A DNA stretch of 64,000 bases from a bacterium (GTDB taxonomy: Bacteria; Patescibacteriota; Minisyncoccia; Phycocordibacterales; UBA2100), in NCBI GenBank assembly GCA_030674455.1, contig JAUSGQ010000015.1, positions 5,574 to 69,573 on the forward strand, in the 5' to 3' direction. The notes under the pieces were generated by a model. It searched no databases. It saw only the letters and a list, made by a program, of their open reading frames with translations, and was not told the origin of the DNA. Position 1 is the stretch's first letter, and the number at the start of each line of letters is the position of its first letter. The translations under genes and the position numbers were made by a program. This document shows positions 41,507-51,244 of this stretch, piece after piece.

Positions 41507-41932
41507 TTAGCCGACAAGGCCGGTGTCGGCACCTGTAGACGGTTTGCGTGAATCTGCGACTCGTAGGGCGATGCACGAAACTTCTATGCGCGCATTCTTC
41601 GGCAGAGAAGATACGCCGACCGTAGCCCGCGCCGGTTTATGCTCGCCAAAAACAGCCGCATACACTTCGTTCATGTCTTTAAAATCATTCATGTCGCGAA
41701 GATACACATTGACGCTCGCGACCGAGGCAAAGCCAACGCCGGCGGCGCGAAGAACTTCTCCAAGATTCTTGAATATCTGCTCGGTTTGCTCCCTTATTCC
41801 TCCTTTTACGAATTCTCCTGTAGCCGGGTCAATTGCAATCTGCCCCGAGCAAAATATCGTATCCCCCGCCACAGTGGCCTGCGAATACGGACCGATTGCC
41901 TTGGGTGCCTTCTCTGTCTGAACTGTGTGCAT
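41507..41932 (-). CDS. ridA: RidA (YjgF/TdcF) family reactive-intermediate deaminase
   Basis: PKAIGPYSQA..., ...ARATVGVSSLPKNARIEV.... The 13 aa C-terminal extension ...RKPSTGADTGLVG is encoded by a GTCTACAGG element copy (41526-41543). Confidence 0.8.
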   Translation of the reverse strand: MHTVQTEKAPKAIGPYSQATVAGDTIFCSGQIAIDPATGEFVKGGIREQTEQIFKNLGEVLRAAGVGFASVASVNVYLRDMNDFKDMNEVYAAVFGEHKPARATVGVSSLPKNARIEVSCIALRVADSRKPSTGADTGLVG

Positions 41933-41963
41933 AAAGATAGATTGTTACATCATTTTTAATATT

Positions 41964-42005
41964 AAACCAGCCTCCCGATGGGAGGCTGGTTTGCTGGTCT
42001 TTGTT
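41964..42005. terminator. Hairpin AAACCAGCCTCCC-GAT-GGGAGGCTGGTTT followed by a U-rich tract on the + strand; gene assignment ambiguous
   Basis: Read from the sequence. Lies between the ridA start and the trpF stop, which are both minus-strand genes. Confidence 0.4.
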
Positions 42006-42130
42006 TGGAACAACGGCGTGCAAATCAAACCCCCATCGTGGGTCGAATGATAATGCGAATCGCTATGGCCGTTGCCGCTCCTTTCATGCGTTTAATCTTA
42101 ACCATTAAGTGACAGTCTGTCAATACCTGG

Positions 42131-42781
42131 CTATAGGTTAGACTTTCTCGCCCAATTAACAAACAACTTCACTTTCTCCAAATCTTTTGTTCCATCCGCA
42201 TTTGATACTCCAGAATTTACATCGACGCCGTATGGGCGGACTTTTTCCACCGCATCGGCTACGTTATCGGGATTCAAGCCGCCGGCCAAAATTATCGGAA
42301 GCTTGATTGATTCCACAATTCTTTTGCTGATGTTCCAATCGTGAGTCTTCCCCGTTCCACCCTTCTGCCCATTCTCCTTAATTCCAGAGTCAAGAACGAG
42401 CCCGTCTGCCGCACCCTCATAGCTCTTCGCTTCCTCAATCGCGCTTTCGTCGTACACATTGACCACTTTAAATAATTTGATGTTCGGAAGTACTGATTTG
42501 ATTTTGTGCATTCCATCTACGTCTGCATGCGTTTGAACGGCTTTGACCCCCGTTTTTTTAACAAGCCCAATAAGTTCTTCCGGGTCAGTAACCGATGTCA
42601 CCAAAACCGGCGTAGAATCTTTCGGCAATTGCGAAATAATGTCGGCTGCTTTCTCGATGGTGATAGGATTCCTCGCGTGCTTGAGCTCGATGTGAAAACC
42701 GAGCATATCTGCTCCGCGCGCGAGCACCGCACGAGCAGTTTCGATATCCATGATTCCGCAGATTTTCACGAGAGCATTCAT
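42131..42781 (-). CDS. trpF: Phosphoribosylanthranilate isomerase
   Basis: VKICGI...ARGADMLGFHIE... is the PRAI TIM-barrel signature. Divergent from trpCBA. Confidence 0.85.
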   Translation of the reverse strand: MNALVKICGIMDIETARAVLARGADMLGFHIELKHARNPITIEKAADIISQLPKDSTPVLVTSVTDPEELIGLVKKTGVKAVQTHADVDGMHKIKSVLPNIKLFKVVNVYDESAIEEAKSYEGAADGLVLDSGIKENGQKGGTGKTHDWNISKRIVESIKLPIILAGGLNPDNVADAVEKVRPYGVDVNSGVSNADGTKDLEKVKLFVNWARKSNL

Positions 42782-42884
42782 ACCAATATACAAATGTATT
42801 CCAATCTACAAATAACTACAAATGTAAAGCAATGTAATATTTGTAGCCATTCGTAGTATTCGTATCATTTGCAGATTGGGACAT
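42782..42884. repeat. MITE-like element R8 in the divergent trpF/trpC promoter region
   Basis: TACCAATATACAAATGTATTCCAATCTACAAATAACTACAAATG...ATTTGCAGATTGGGACAT. Confidence 0.75.
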
Positions 42885-42912
42885 GGTACTTAGAAGACTC
42901 TTAAAATCATAG

Positions 42913-43710
42913 ATGTATAATGACACGGTGAGCATACTAGACGAAATAGTGAACAACAAGAAAATCGAGGTCGAGGCCTTAAAGGCTGTTCGGCCGCTTG
43001 AAATTTTGCAAGAAGAGGCCGCCGAGGTAACTATCAAAAAGCGTCCGTTTCGCGAACTTTTTAAGAAGGGCCCCGTATTGATTGCCGAGATTAAGCCCCA
43101 CTCTCCTTCCATGGGAGAAATCATGGATGAGTCTCCGCTTGAAATGGCAGACCTCTACTCAAAAAGCGATGCCGATGTGATCTCTGTTCTCACCGATTCC
43201 GAATATTTCGGTGGCAGCAACGAACTGCTTCGGGATGTTCGCGGGCGCGTCCCACAAGCAATCCTGCGCAAAGATTTCATTATCGACGAATATCAGGTCT
43301 ACGAAACGCTCCTTCTACCGGCTGACGCATTCTTATTGATTGCATCCATTCTGACAGAGAGCGAACTCGCGAATTTGCTTAAGCTCGGGAGCAAACTAGG
43401 CCTTGATGCGCTCGTTGAGGTTCACGACGAGGAAGACATCGAAAAAGCGCTCCGCGCGGGAGCAAAAATCATGGGAATAAATAATCGCGACTTAAAGACT
43501 TTCAAAACCGACATTGCCGTTACTGAAAAACTAATGGCAAAAATTCCCAAAGGAACCTTCGTCGTGAGCGAATCAGGAATTGGGTCTGCAGACGACGTAA
43601 AAAAGGTGCGCCGAAGCGGCATTAGCGGTATTCTGGTAGGTACATCGGTTCTGCAAGCCACTGACCCAATTGCAAAAATAAATGAATTGAAACAGGCACT
43701 AAACTCATGA
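42913..43710 (+). CDS. trpC: Indole-3-glycerol phosphate synthase
   Basis: ...LIAEIKPHSPSMGEI..., ...INNRDLKTF... are IGPS motifs. Confidence 0.9.
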   Translation: MYNDTVSILDEIVNNKKIEVEALKAVRPLEILQEEAAEVTIKKRPFRELFKKGPVLIAEIKPHSPSMGEIMDESPLEMADLYSKSDADVISVLTDSEYFGGSNELLRDVRGRVPQAILRKDFIIDEYQVYETLLLPADAFLLIASILTESELANLLKLGSKLGLDALVEVHDEEDIEKALRAGAKIMGINNRDLKTFKTDIAVTEKLMAKIPKGTFVVSESGIGSADDVKKVRRSGISGILVGTSVLQATDPIAKINELKQALNS

Positions 43711-44933
43711 ATAAAGAAATTAAATACGGCGGTGCATACGTTCCTGAAATGTTATGGGATACGTTGAGGAAGCTCACCGAAGAATTTGAGCGCGCAAAAA
43801 AAGACGAAGCGTTTCAAAGCGAATTCCAAGACCTTCTTCGCAATTTCTCCGGCCGTCCGACGCCGCTCATTTTCGCCGCGCGTGCGACAGCCGACCTCGG
43901 CGGACTGACCGGCCAGGGCGCAAAAGTCTATCTCAAAAATGAGGGCGCAAATCACACGGGCGCGCACAAAATAACGCACTGCCTCGGGCAAGGGCTTCTT
44001 GCAAAACGCCTCGGGAAATCGATGCTCATTGCCGAAACTGGCGCAGGCCAACATGGCGTTGCCACCGCCACTGCGGCCGCCAAATTAGGGCTTGAATGCG
44101 TCGTTTTTATGGGCAGCCATGACATCAAGCGGCAACGCCCCAACGTGTTCCTTATGGAGCGCTTGGGCGCAAAAGTCGTACCCGTGGAATACGGAAGCAA
44201 AACGCTCAAAGATGCCGTGAATGAGGCGCTCAAATTCTGGATGGAACATTTAGACGAAGCGCACTACTGTATCGGCTCGGTCTTGGGGCCGGCGCCCTAC
44301 CCCGAGATGAACCGATACTTCCAGTCTGTCATCGGGCGGGAGATTCGCGCGGAGCTTTCAGAACGAGAAAATAAACTTCCAGACGCAATCGTCGCATGCG
44401 TCGGCGGAGGCTCAAATGCAATGGGAAGTTTTTATGATTTCATTCCCGAAAAGTCGGTGCGTCTTATCGGCGTCGAAGCCGGAGGAGTCGGAAAGAAAAT
44501 GGGAGAACATGCGTCGCGCAAAATTGCCGGAGAGCTCGGCATTTTCCAGGGTTACAAATCTCTTTTCTTGCAAACGGATGAGGGGCAAATCGCGCCCACA
44601 CATTCCATCTCTGCCGGTCTGGATTACCCGGGGGTCGGCCCCGAGCTTGCAGAGCTTTACACCAGTGGCCGTGTCGAGCTGACATATGCCACTGATGCGG
44701 AAGCGGTTTCTGCCGTGGATTATTTCGCCAAGCTTGAAGGCGTTATTTCCGCGCTTGAGAGCGCGCACGCGCTCGCGGAAGTGCGCAAAATCGCACCCAA
44801 AATGCCAAAGAATTCCATAGTGGTCGCAACTCTCTCCGGCCGCGGCGACAAAGACCTATTCAACTTCGCCCGCGCGTTCAAAGATGAAAGCTTCCGCGAA
44901 TTTTTGAAGGACGAGTACAATCGGTATGAGTAA
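43707..44933 (+). CDS. trpB: Tryptophan synthase beta chain
   Basis: FSGRPTPL, GAKVYLKNEGANHTGAHKI, GGGSNAMG. Confidence 0.9.
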   Translation: MNKEIKYGGAYVPEMLWDTLRKLTEEFERAKKDEAFQSEFQDLLRNFSGRPTPLIFAARATADLGGLTGQGAKVYLKNEGANHTGAHKITHCLGQGLLAKRLGKSMLIAETGAGQHGVATATAAAKLGLECVVFMGSHDIKRQRPNVFLMERLGAKVVPVEYGSKTLKDAVNEALKFWMEHLDEAHYCIGSVLGPAPYPEMNRYFQSVIGREIRAELSERENKLPDAIVACVGGGSNAMGSFYDFIPEKSVRLIGVEAGGVGKKMGEHASRKIAGELGIFQGYKSLFLQTDEGQIAPTHSISAGLDYPGVGPELAELYTSGRVELTYATDAEAVSAVDYFAKLEGVISALESAHALAEVRKIAPKMPKNSIVVATLSGRGDKDLFNFARAFKDESFREFLKDEYNRYE

Positions 44934-44953
44934 TTACTCTGCGTCGCATCAAG

Positions 44954-45796
44954 GTGACTCCTTGCGTGCAAGGTGTCTCCTTGATGCATTTCACCACCAT
45001 GAATAACCTTGGAACACTACTTTCGGAATCTAGAGGCAAAAAACCTCTCTTCATGGCGCATATGATTGCCGGATACCCCACAATTGAGGATTCGGAAAAA
45101 GTGGCGGAAGCTCTTGTAAAAGGCGGAGCGGATATTATTGAACTGCAAATTCCTTTTTCCGACCCCATGGCCGATGGTCCGGCAATCGCGGTTGCGAGCG
45201 AAGAAGCAATAAAGGCAGGCGCGACGGTTGCAAAATCTCTTTCCCTTCTGAAAAAGGTGGCGGCTCTTGGAAAGCCGGTTGCAGTGATGACATACGTAAA
45301 TATTCCTTTCAGATACGGAATTCCCAAATTCGTAAAATCTATTGCGGATGCGGGCGCAAGCGCCCTAATAGTCCCGGACTGCCCGTTCGATACTCAAGAA
45401 GGTCAGACCTTCTTCGACAGTTGCAAAGAATGTGGCGTGTATTTTGTTCCCGTCGTTTCGCCCGGTGTGCCAAAGGAACGGCTGGAACAACTAGCATCCG
45501 CCGGAGGCGGATCCTCCTCTGGAGGAAAAGATTCAAGAGGATTCGTCTATTGCACCTCGCGCCAAGGAATCACGGGAGCAAACAGCAAATTCGCGAAAGA
45601 ACTGTTTGATTTCGTGAAAGAATTGAAACAAATTTTCAAGCTCCCCATAGCCGTCGGCTTCGGCGTTAAATCAAAGGAAGATGTCGCCGAGCTGGCACAA
45701 GTAGCCGATATAGTCATCGCCGGCAGTGTTTTTGTGAATGCAATTAAGAATTCCGGCATTGGACATGTTGAACCTCTGGTGCGAACGCTGATGTAA
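44954..45796 (+). CDS. trpA: Tryptophan synthase alpha chain
   Basis: ...MIAGYPT..., ...IIELQIPFSDPMADGP.... Contains an inserted AGGGSSSGG linker from the GGATCC palindrome (45499-45527). Start uncertain (44954, 44978 or 44993). Confidence 0.85.
   Translation: MTPCVQGVSLMHFTTMNNLGTLLSESRGKKPLFMAHMIAGYPTIEDSEKVAEALVKGGADIIELQIPFSDPMADGPAIAVASEEAIKAGATVAKSLSLLKKVAALGKPVAVMTYVNIPFRYGIPKFVKSIADAGASALIVPDCPFDTQEGQTFFDSCKECGVYFVPVVSPGVPKERLEQLASAGGGSSSGGKDSRGFVYCTSRQGITGANSKFAKELFDFVKELKQIFKLPIAVGFGVKSKEDVAELAQVADIVIAGSVFVNAIKNSGIGHVEPLVRTLM
45499..45527. repeat. GGATCC-centred palindromic element TCCGCCGGAGGCGGATCCTCCTCTGGAGGA, in-frame within trpA
   Basis: Shares an identical 18 nt half with the ilvA and aroC copies. 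Confidence 0.7.
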
Positions 45797-45872
45797 CGGA
45801 ACACCCAATATAGAATGAACTAGCATCATATTTGTCGAAATTTGTACCCCATTTTTATTTTCCCGTAAGTGA

Positions 45873-46259
45873 TTAGGATTGTCCAACATTATCAAACCCT
45901 TGTAAGGGCTCATTATGCTCCCAATCATCTGTAAAACGTGTTTTTATTAGATCCCCCCATTTAGATACTTTTACTAACAATTCCATTGCATCTCGTACAG
46001 ATTCCGAGGTTGTCGTTCCAGCATGCAGCGAATCCGCATGCGCAAATCCCACAGCTCGAGGGAAGTTAGGGTGCGTGTCTAGATATTTCGCGAAGTTAGC
46101 TGCATATCTTGCAACTTCTCTTTTATGAGCGTCCATACAATTATCCAAATATTCGTGCCAAATTTGCTGATTTTTAACCTCGAAAGATGGCAGAGCCGCG
46201 CGCCAATTTTTTAGAACTTCCGTGCCCTGACGGTTGAGATGCTTATCCATTTTGGGCAC
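45873..46259 (-). CDS. Hypothetical protein
   Basis: 128 aa, overlaps aroC by 17 nt, co-directional with aroC and aroAK. No family recognised. Confidence 0.4.
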   Translation of the reverse strand: MPKMDKHLNRQGTEVLKNWRAALPSFEVKNQQIWHEYLDNCMDAHKREVARYAANFAKYLDTHPNFPRAVGFAHADSLHAGTTTSESVRDAMELLVKVSKWGDLIKTRFTDDWEHNEPLQGFDNVGQS

Positions 46260-47355
46260 GATTGCGCAAAAAGTGATCCATGATGACGAGTGCTGACATC
46301 GCGTCTACTATCGGAACTGCGCGCGGAAGAACACACGGGTCGTGGCGGCCGGAGGCCTCAAGCTTCGTCGCTTCGCCTCCTATTTTCACCGTTTCTTGTT
46401 CCTTGCGTATCGTTGAAACCGGCTTGAAAACAACGCGGAAGTGAATTGTTTCTCCGTTCGAAATCCCGCCTATGGTGCCGCCGGCGTTGTTCGTTTTTGT
46501 GTGTATGTTGCCGTTTTTATCGGTGTAAAACGGGTCGTTGTGTTCGCTTCCGCGCATGCCGACGCTTCGAAAGCCGAGACCGATGTCGAATCCCTTAACC
46601 GCGTTGATTGAGAGCATGGCACGCCCTAGGTCTGAATTGAGTTTGTCGAACACAGGCTCGCCCAGACCGGCGGGTACGTTTCGGATGACACCCTGAATGA
46701 TGCCACCGATAGAATCGCCGTCTTTTCGCACCTCGTCAACAAGCTCGATCATCTTCTCGGCAACTTTTTGGTCGGGACAGCGGATGATATTTGATTCAAT
46801 GTCTTCCGCCTTCACCGCATTGAAATCCACTTCGGCCTTGATATCGCCCACCTGGGTCACGTAGCTCAATATTTCGACGCCGGAATGTTTTCCGCCGGAG
46901 GCGGATCCGCCTATGGCGGACAGATATTTCTGCGCGATAGCGCCAGCGGCAACGCGCGCGAGAGTTTCCCGCGCCGAAGCGCGGCCGGACCCCCTCCAAT
47001 CACGAGTCCCGTATTTCGCTTCGTAAGTGTAATCGGCATGCGATGGGCGATATAAATCTTTGAGAGCCAGATAATCCTCCGGCTTCGCGTCTTCGTTGAG
47101 TACCATCATGAGAATCGGCGTACCCGTCGTCTTCCCCTCAAAGTAACCAGAAAGAATGTGAATTTTGTCGGACTCTTTTCTCGGAGTCGTTATTTTACTT
47201 TGCCCCGGTCGCCGTCTATCAAGCGCCACCTGGATTTCCTCTTCCGTGATTTCAATACCCGGCGGGCATCCGTCTACCACAACGCCCACAGCCCCGCCGT
47301 GCGACTCGCCGAATGTCGTTATGCGAAAAAGTTGTCCGAATGAATTTCCTGCCAT
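46243..47355 (-). CDS. aroC: Chorismate synthase
   Basis: [33 protein letters not shown]... is the canonical AroC N-terminus. Contains an inserted IGGSASGG linker from the GGATCC palindrome (46892-46920). Confidence 0.9.
   Translation of the reverse strand: MAGNSFGQLFRITTFGESHGGAVGVVVDGCPPGIEITEEEIQVALDRRRPGQSKITTPRKESDKIHILSGYFEGKTTGTPILMMVLNEDAKPEDYLALKDLYRPSHADYTYEAKYGTRDWRGSGRASARETLARVAAGAIAQKYLSAIGGSASGGKHSGVEILSYVTQVGDIKAEVDFNAVKAEDIESNIIRCPDQKVAEKMIELVDEVRKDGDSIGGIIQGVIRNVPAGLGEPVFDKLNSDLGRAMLSINAVKGFDIGLGFRSVGMRGSEHNDPFYTDKNGNIHTKTNNAGGTIGGISNGETIHFRVVFKPVSTIRKEQETVKIGGEATKLEASGRHDPCVLPRAVPIVDAMSALVIMDHFLRNRAQNG
46892..46920. repeat. GGATCC-centred palindromic element TCCGCCGGAGGCGGATCCGCCTATGGCGGA, in-frame within aroC
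   Basis: Shares an identical 18 nt half with the ilvA and trpA copies. Confidence 0.7.
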
Positions 47356-47363
47356 GTTAGATT

Positions 47364-47500
47364 TTGTTACGAGTAATTACGAGTTAGAAAATCTTACACC
47401 CAGCACCTTTCACGCTCATTCTACCATTTAATCGGCGAGTGACATCTGTTGTTTGTGGTTTACAAATGTAACTAATTCCACATTAAAGGTGCTGGGTTAT
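47364..47500 (-). promoter_or_regulatory. Hairpin (ACCCAGCACCTT / AAGGTGCTGGGT, with a roughly 70 nt loop) plus conserved leader ...TAACAAAATCTAACATG upstream of aroC (copy 2)
   Basis: Same element and orientation relative to the gene start as 1114-1191 and 52618-52694. Confidence 0.5.
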
Positions 47501-47543
47501 AGAAAATGTAGTCACTTCGTTTCTTATTTTCTTATAATAACCC

Positions 47544-49391
47544 TTATTTTTCTACAATACCGCGTCTTTCTAATCGCTCGAGCACTTCCTCTGTTTTCTG
47601 CTCCAGCGTCAGATTGGTGTCCATAACAATCTCATCTGCTGCAGCCTCATAGAGCTTTTTGCGCTCGGCGAGAACCGTCTCAATCTCTTCGCGCGTGCTT
47701 GCTGCATTCGTAAGAGCCGGCCTTCCGGGGTCGTGCTCAATTCGCTCCGCCAGGATATCCGCCGGCGCATTCAGGAAGATGAGAATGCCGTTCTCCTTCA
47801 AAACAGCGACATTTTCCGGACGCTCTATCACGCCTCCGCCGGTGGAAATGATAGTGTCTTTCTGCTTGCCAACTTCCGATACAATCTCTGATTCCCGGTC
47901 CCTGAAATATTCCCAACCGCGCTTCTGCACTGTCTCCGCTATCTTCATCCCCTCGCGCTCTTCTATTAGGTCGTCTATATCTATGAGCTCTTTATTGAGT
48001 TTCTGCGCAAGCAAGCGCCCCACCGTGGTCTTGCCGCCGCCGCGCATACCGATAAGAATGATGTTCGGATGCTCGTAGCTGATGGAGAATGGGGCGCCGG
48101 CGAGCGCAAGCGATTTCCAAAAACGCGGGAAGGTCTTCGTGACGACATCAGGATCTACGATCTCCATGCCGGGCAATTTTGCGGCGGCAACCGCGAACGC
48201 CATCGCCATGCGGTGGTCGCCGTACGTGTCTATGCGGGCTGGCTTTGGTTTGCCGCCGTACACGGTGAGCGTGTCCTGCGTCGATTCGGCACGTATACCC
48301 ATCTTCTTGAGCTCTGTTTCGATGGCGGCGACGCGTTCGGTTTCTTTGACGCGGAGCGACTGCACGCCTCTTATGGTCGTTGTTCCATCCGCAAACGCAG
48401 CGAGCACAGAAAGAGTCTGCGCCTGATCGGGACAGTCTTGCATGTCAACGGAAACTGCTTTCACGCCTTTGCCCGTAATGGTTATTGAGTGCTCTCCATA
48501 GGTGACTTCGTTCCCCATATCCTCAAGGATTTTCAAGAAGCGAATGTCGGCTTGATAGGTTTTCGGATTGAGATTGGTGAGCGTCAGGGTTGAACGTGTC
48601 AAAGCTGCAATGGCGAAGAAGTAGGCGGCGCTCGAAAAATCACCCTCTACCGTATGTTCAGTAGCGCGATACGCCTGTCCGGCAGGCACGAAGTAGTGCT
48701 TGTAACCATCGTTCTCTACCGATACGCCGAACGAGCGCATGGCGTCGATTGTCATATCGATATACGGCTTGGATATCTGATTACCCACTATGTCAATGCG
48801 AAGCTCGCCGATCAAGGGCGCGATCATAAGAATGGCCGAAAGAAATTGGCTCGAGACCGTGCCTTTTATCTTCACAACTCCGGACTCAAGATGCGAAGAA
48901 AGAACCTTGACCGGCGGATAGCCGTGCTTGTCTACATATTCTATGCGCGCGCCGAGCTGCTCGAGGGATTCCACGAGATGTGCGATCGGACGCTCGTTGA
49001 GGCGGCCGCGGCCGCGTATGATTTTGATACCCGGAACAATCGCGGAAAGCGCGAGAACAAAACGGATAGCTGTTCCAGAGAGATTGGCGTTGAGATGGTA
49101 CTCGCCTTCTCGTATCGCGCTTATGTCGGAAGTAACTATTAGAGAACCGGGCTGCCGCGCGATGTCTTCCGGAGCAAGCATGTCATCCTTAAAAGCGAAG
49201 TGTATCCCCAATTCCCGCAAGCACGCTATCATCGCGTGCGTATCGTCTGAAACGAGCGGGTTGTTGATGGTGACTGTGCCTTTTGTGAGAGCGGCGAGAA
49301 GAAGTGCCCTGTTGGTATAGCTTTTCGAACCCGGAATGGCGATGGTCGCAGTCACCGGCTTATTGAACGGGGTTATCCGGACGGTTTTCAT
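47544..49391 (-). CDS. aroA: Bifunctional 3-phosphoshikimate 1-carboxyvinyltransferase / shikimate kinase (AroA-AroK fusion)
   Basis: N-terminal EPSP synthase (about 430 aa), then a C-terminal shikimate kinase (GMRGGGKTT Walker A, ...DIDDLIEEREGM...). Confidence 0.85.
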   Translation of the reverse strand: MKTVRITPFNKPVTATIAIPGSKSYTNRALLLAALTKGTVTINNPLVSDDTHAMIACLRELGIHFAFKDDMLAPEDIARQPGSLIVTSDISAIREGEYHLNANLSGTAIRFVLALSAIVPGIKIIRGRGRLNERPIAHLVESLEQLGARIEYVDKHGYPPVKVLSSHLESGVVKIKGTVSSQFLSAILMIAPLIGELRIDIVGNQISKPYIDMTIDAMRSFGVSVENDGYKHYFVPAGQAYRATEHTVEGDFSSAAYFFAIAALTRSTLTLTNLNPKTYQADIRFLKILEDMGNEVTYGEHSITITGKGVKAVSVDMQDCPDQAQTLSVLAAFADGTTTIRGVQSLRVKETERVAAIETELKKMGIRAESTQDTLTVYGGKPKPARIDTYGDHRMAMAFAVAAAKLPGMEIVDPDVVTKTFPRFWKSLALAGAPFSISYEHPNIILIGMRGGGKTTVGRLLAQKLNKELIDIDDLIEEREGMKIAETVQKRGWEYFRDRESEIVSEVGKQKDTIISTGGGVIERPENVAVLKENGILIFLNAPADILAERIEHDPGRPALTNAASTREEIETVLAERKKLYEAAADEIVMDTNLTLEQKTEEVLERLERRGIVEK

Positions 49392-49619
49392 CCCGTTAGA
49401 AGCCCGCCTGCCATCGCCTGAAGCCGCGATAGTAAGATGGCTTGGTTAGTTAATAAATACATAGCATTCATTTCTATCATTGATTCCCCCGCTCTGGCTT
49501 TGGCGGGCAGGTAGGAAGCTCACGCTTCCGACTCGGAAGTTATTGCTTGTAAGCATACGACCAATGTTAAACATATAGAGAATGTACCACATGTGAACTT
49601 CCGCGACTTCTAACGGGAT

Positions 49620-50630
49620 TCATACGGAATTGCTCTCTTTTATGAGGCGCTCAAGCGCTTCTCGGGCAGTGCCGGAATCCAATGAACGCTCCGCAAGTTC
49701 GATTCCCTCTTTCGGCGTCTTTGCTATACCAGCGACGTAAAGGCCGAGCGCGGCGTTCAGAACCACAATGTCGCGCTTCGGCCCTTTCTCACCGTTCAAA
49801 ATTGCGCGAATCATCGCAGCATTTTCTTCAGGTCCGCCGCTTTGAAGCTCCAAAATGGATGCCTTTTTAAATCCAAGCTTTGCCGGATCAATCGCGTACT
49901 TTTTTACATGCCGTTCGGTAATCTCAAAAACGTGCGTCGGGGCGCTGATGCTGACCTCATCCATGCCGTCCTCGCTCGTCACTATGAGCAAATGTTTGTA
50001 TTCGAGCTCGCGCGCCACCTCGGCCAACTTTTCCGCAAGTGCAAGATTCGGCACGCCGACAAGCTGCCGCTTGGTGCTCGCCGGATTTGAGAACGGCCCT
50101 AAAACATTGAAAATCGTGCGAATTTTGAGTTCCTTGCGCACCAAAACAACTTGCTTCATTGATGGATGGTAGAGGGGCGCGAACAAAAAGACCATGCCTA
50201 CATTTCTAAATACGTCTTCCGCCTGTGTAGGCGTAAGTACTATTCGCACGCCGAGAGCTTCAAGTACATCGGCACTCCCGCATTTACTGCTCGCCGCGCG
50301 ATTCCCGTGCTTCGCAATTTTCGCACCCGCACCGCAGGCAACGAATGCGGCGGCCGTTGAAATATTAAATGTGCCGGTCCCGTCGCCACCCGTGCCGACG
50401 ACATCAATCGCATCCTTTGCGCGCACCGTAAGCATTTTCTCGCGCATGCCCTCTATCAATCCTTTCACTTCGGCAACGCTTTCCCCTTTCATGCGGAATG
50501 CAGTCAAGATTGCTCCCGTTTGCACGGGGGAAATCACTCCTTCCATCACATCAAGAAGAAACTGCCTCGCATCGGCAGATGTGAGATCCTTCTTTTCAAC
50601 CAGTGTGTTCAAGATTTCTGTAGCATTCAT
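49620..50630 (-). CDS. trpD: Anthranilate phosphoribosyltransferase
   Basis: GTGGDGTGTFNISTAAAFVACGAG...KHGNRAASSKCGSADVLEALG. Confidence 0.9.
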   Translation of the reverse strand: MNATEILNTLVEKKDLTSADARQFLLDVMEGVISPVQTGAILTAFRMKGESVAEVKGLIEGMREKMLTVRAKDAIDVVGTGGDGTGTFNISTAAAFVACGAGAKIAKHGNRAASSKCGSADVLEALGVRIVLTPTQAEDVFRNVGMVFLFAPLYHPSMKQVVLVRKELKIRTIFNVLGPFSNPASTKRQLVGVPNLALAEKLAEVARELEYKHLLIVTSEDGMDEVSISAPTHVFEITERHVKKYAIDPAKLGFKKASILELQSGGPEENAAMIRAILNGEKGPKRDIVVLNAALGLYVAGIAKTPKEGIELAERSLDSGTAREALERLIKESNSV

Positions 50631-50647
50631 ACGTAGAGTCTATCCTA

Positions 50648-51244
50648 TTATCGCGCAATGAAATTCGCGAGCAATTGTTTTCCGCCTTCCGTCGCAAACG
50701 ACTCAGGATGGAATTGGATTCCTTCTATCGGATATTCCAAATGCCGCAAGCCCATGATCTCTCCAGTATCCAGCGATGTCGCGGTTACCGCAAGACATGA
50801 GGGCAACGTGGCTCTTTCAGCGATAAGCGAATGATAACGCATCACCTCCAATTTTTGTGGCAAACCCTTGAACACGCCCTTGCCGTCATGTTCGATAATA
50901 CTGGTTTTTCCATGCATCGGTTTTTGTGCGCGCACAACACCTCCGCCAAAGCAGTATGCTATTCCCTGCATTCCAAGGCACACGCCGAGAACCGGAGTGG
51001 TCTTCCCTATTTTTGTAATGACATCCGCGCATACGCCGAAATATTTTGGGTCGCGCGGGTCTCCGGGGCCGGGAGAAATAATTATTTTGTCGTACTTCCG
51101 TTTTTCTATTTCCGCGAGCGTTATTTCGTCGTTCCGCACGACATCCAATGTGAACTTCTCTCCGTTCTCGGAAAGTATCTCTCCCACGTACTGGTAGAGA
51201 TTGAATGTGAACGAATCGTAATTATCTATTATTAGGACTTTCAT
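50648..51244 (-). CDS. trpG: Anthranilate synthase component II (glutamine amidotransferase)
   Basis: MKVLIIDNYDSFTFNLYQY..., a catalytic Cys in GVCLGMQ, and the HPES motif. Start taken at MKVLII; 4 nt overlap with trpE. Confidence 0.85.
   Translation of the reverse strand: MKVLIIDNYDSFTFNLYQYVGEILSENGEKFTLDVVRNDEITLAEIEKRKYDKIIISPGPGDPRDPKYFGVCADVITKIGKTTPVLGVCLGMQGIAYCFGGGVVRAQKPMHGKTSIIEHDGKGVFKGLPQKLEVMRYHSLIAERATLPSCLAVTATSLDTGEIMGLRHLEYPIEGIQFHPESFATEGGKQLLANFIAR

Noticed and set aside
41964-42005. Assigning the AAACCAGCCTCCC hairpin as the trpF terminator
   Set aside because: On the minus strand it is followed by an A-rich, not U-rich, tract and lies 140 nt past the trpF stop. The U-rich side faces the plus strand, where no gene precedes it. 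It is left as an ambiguous terminator-like hairpin.
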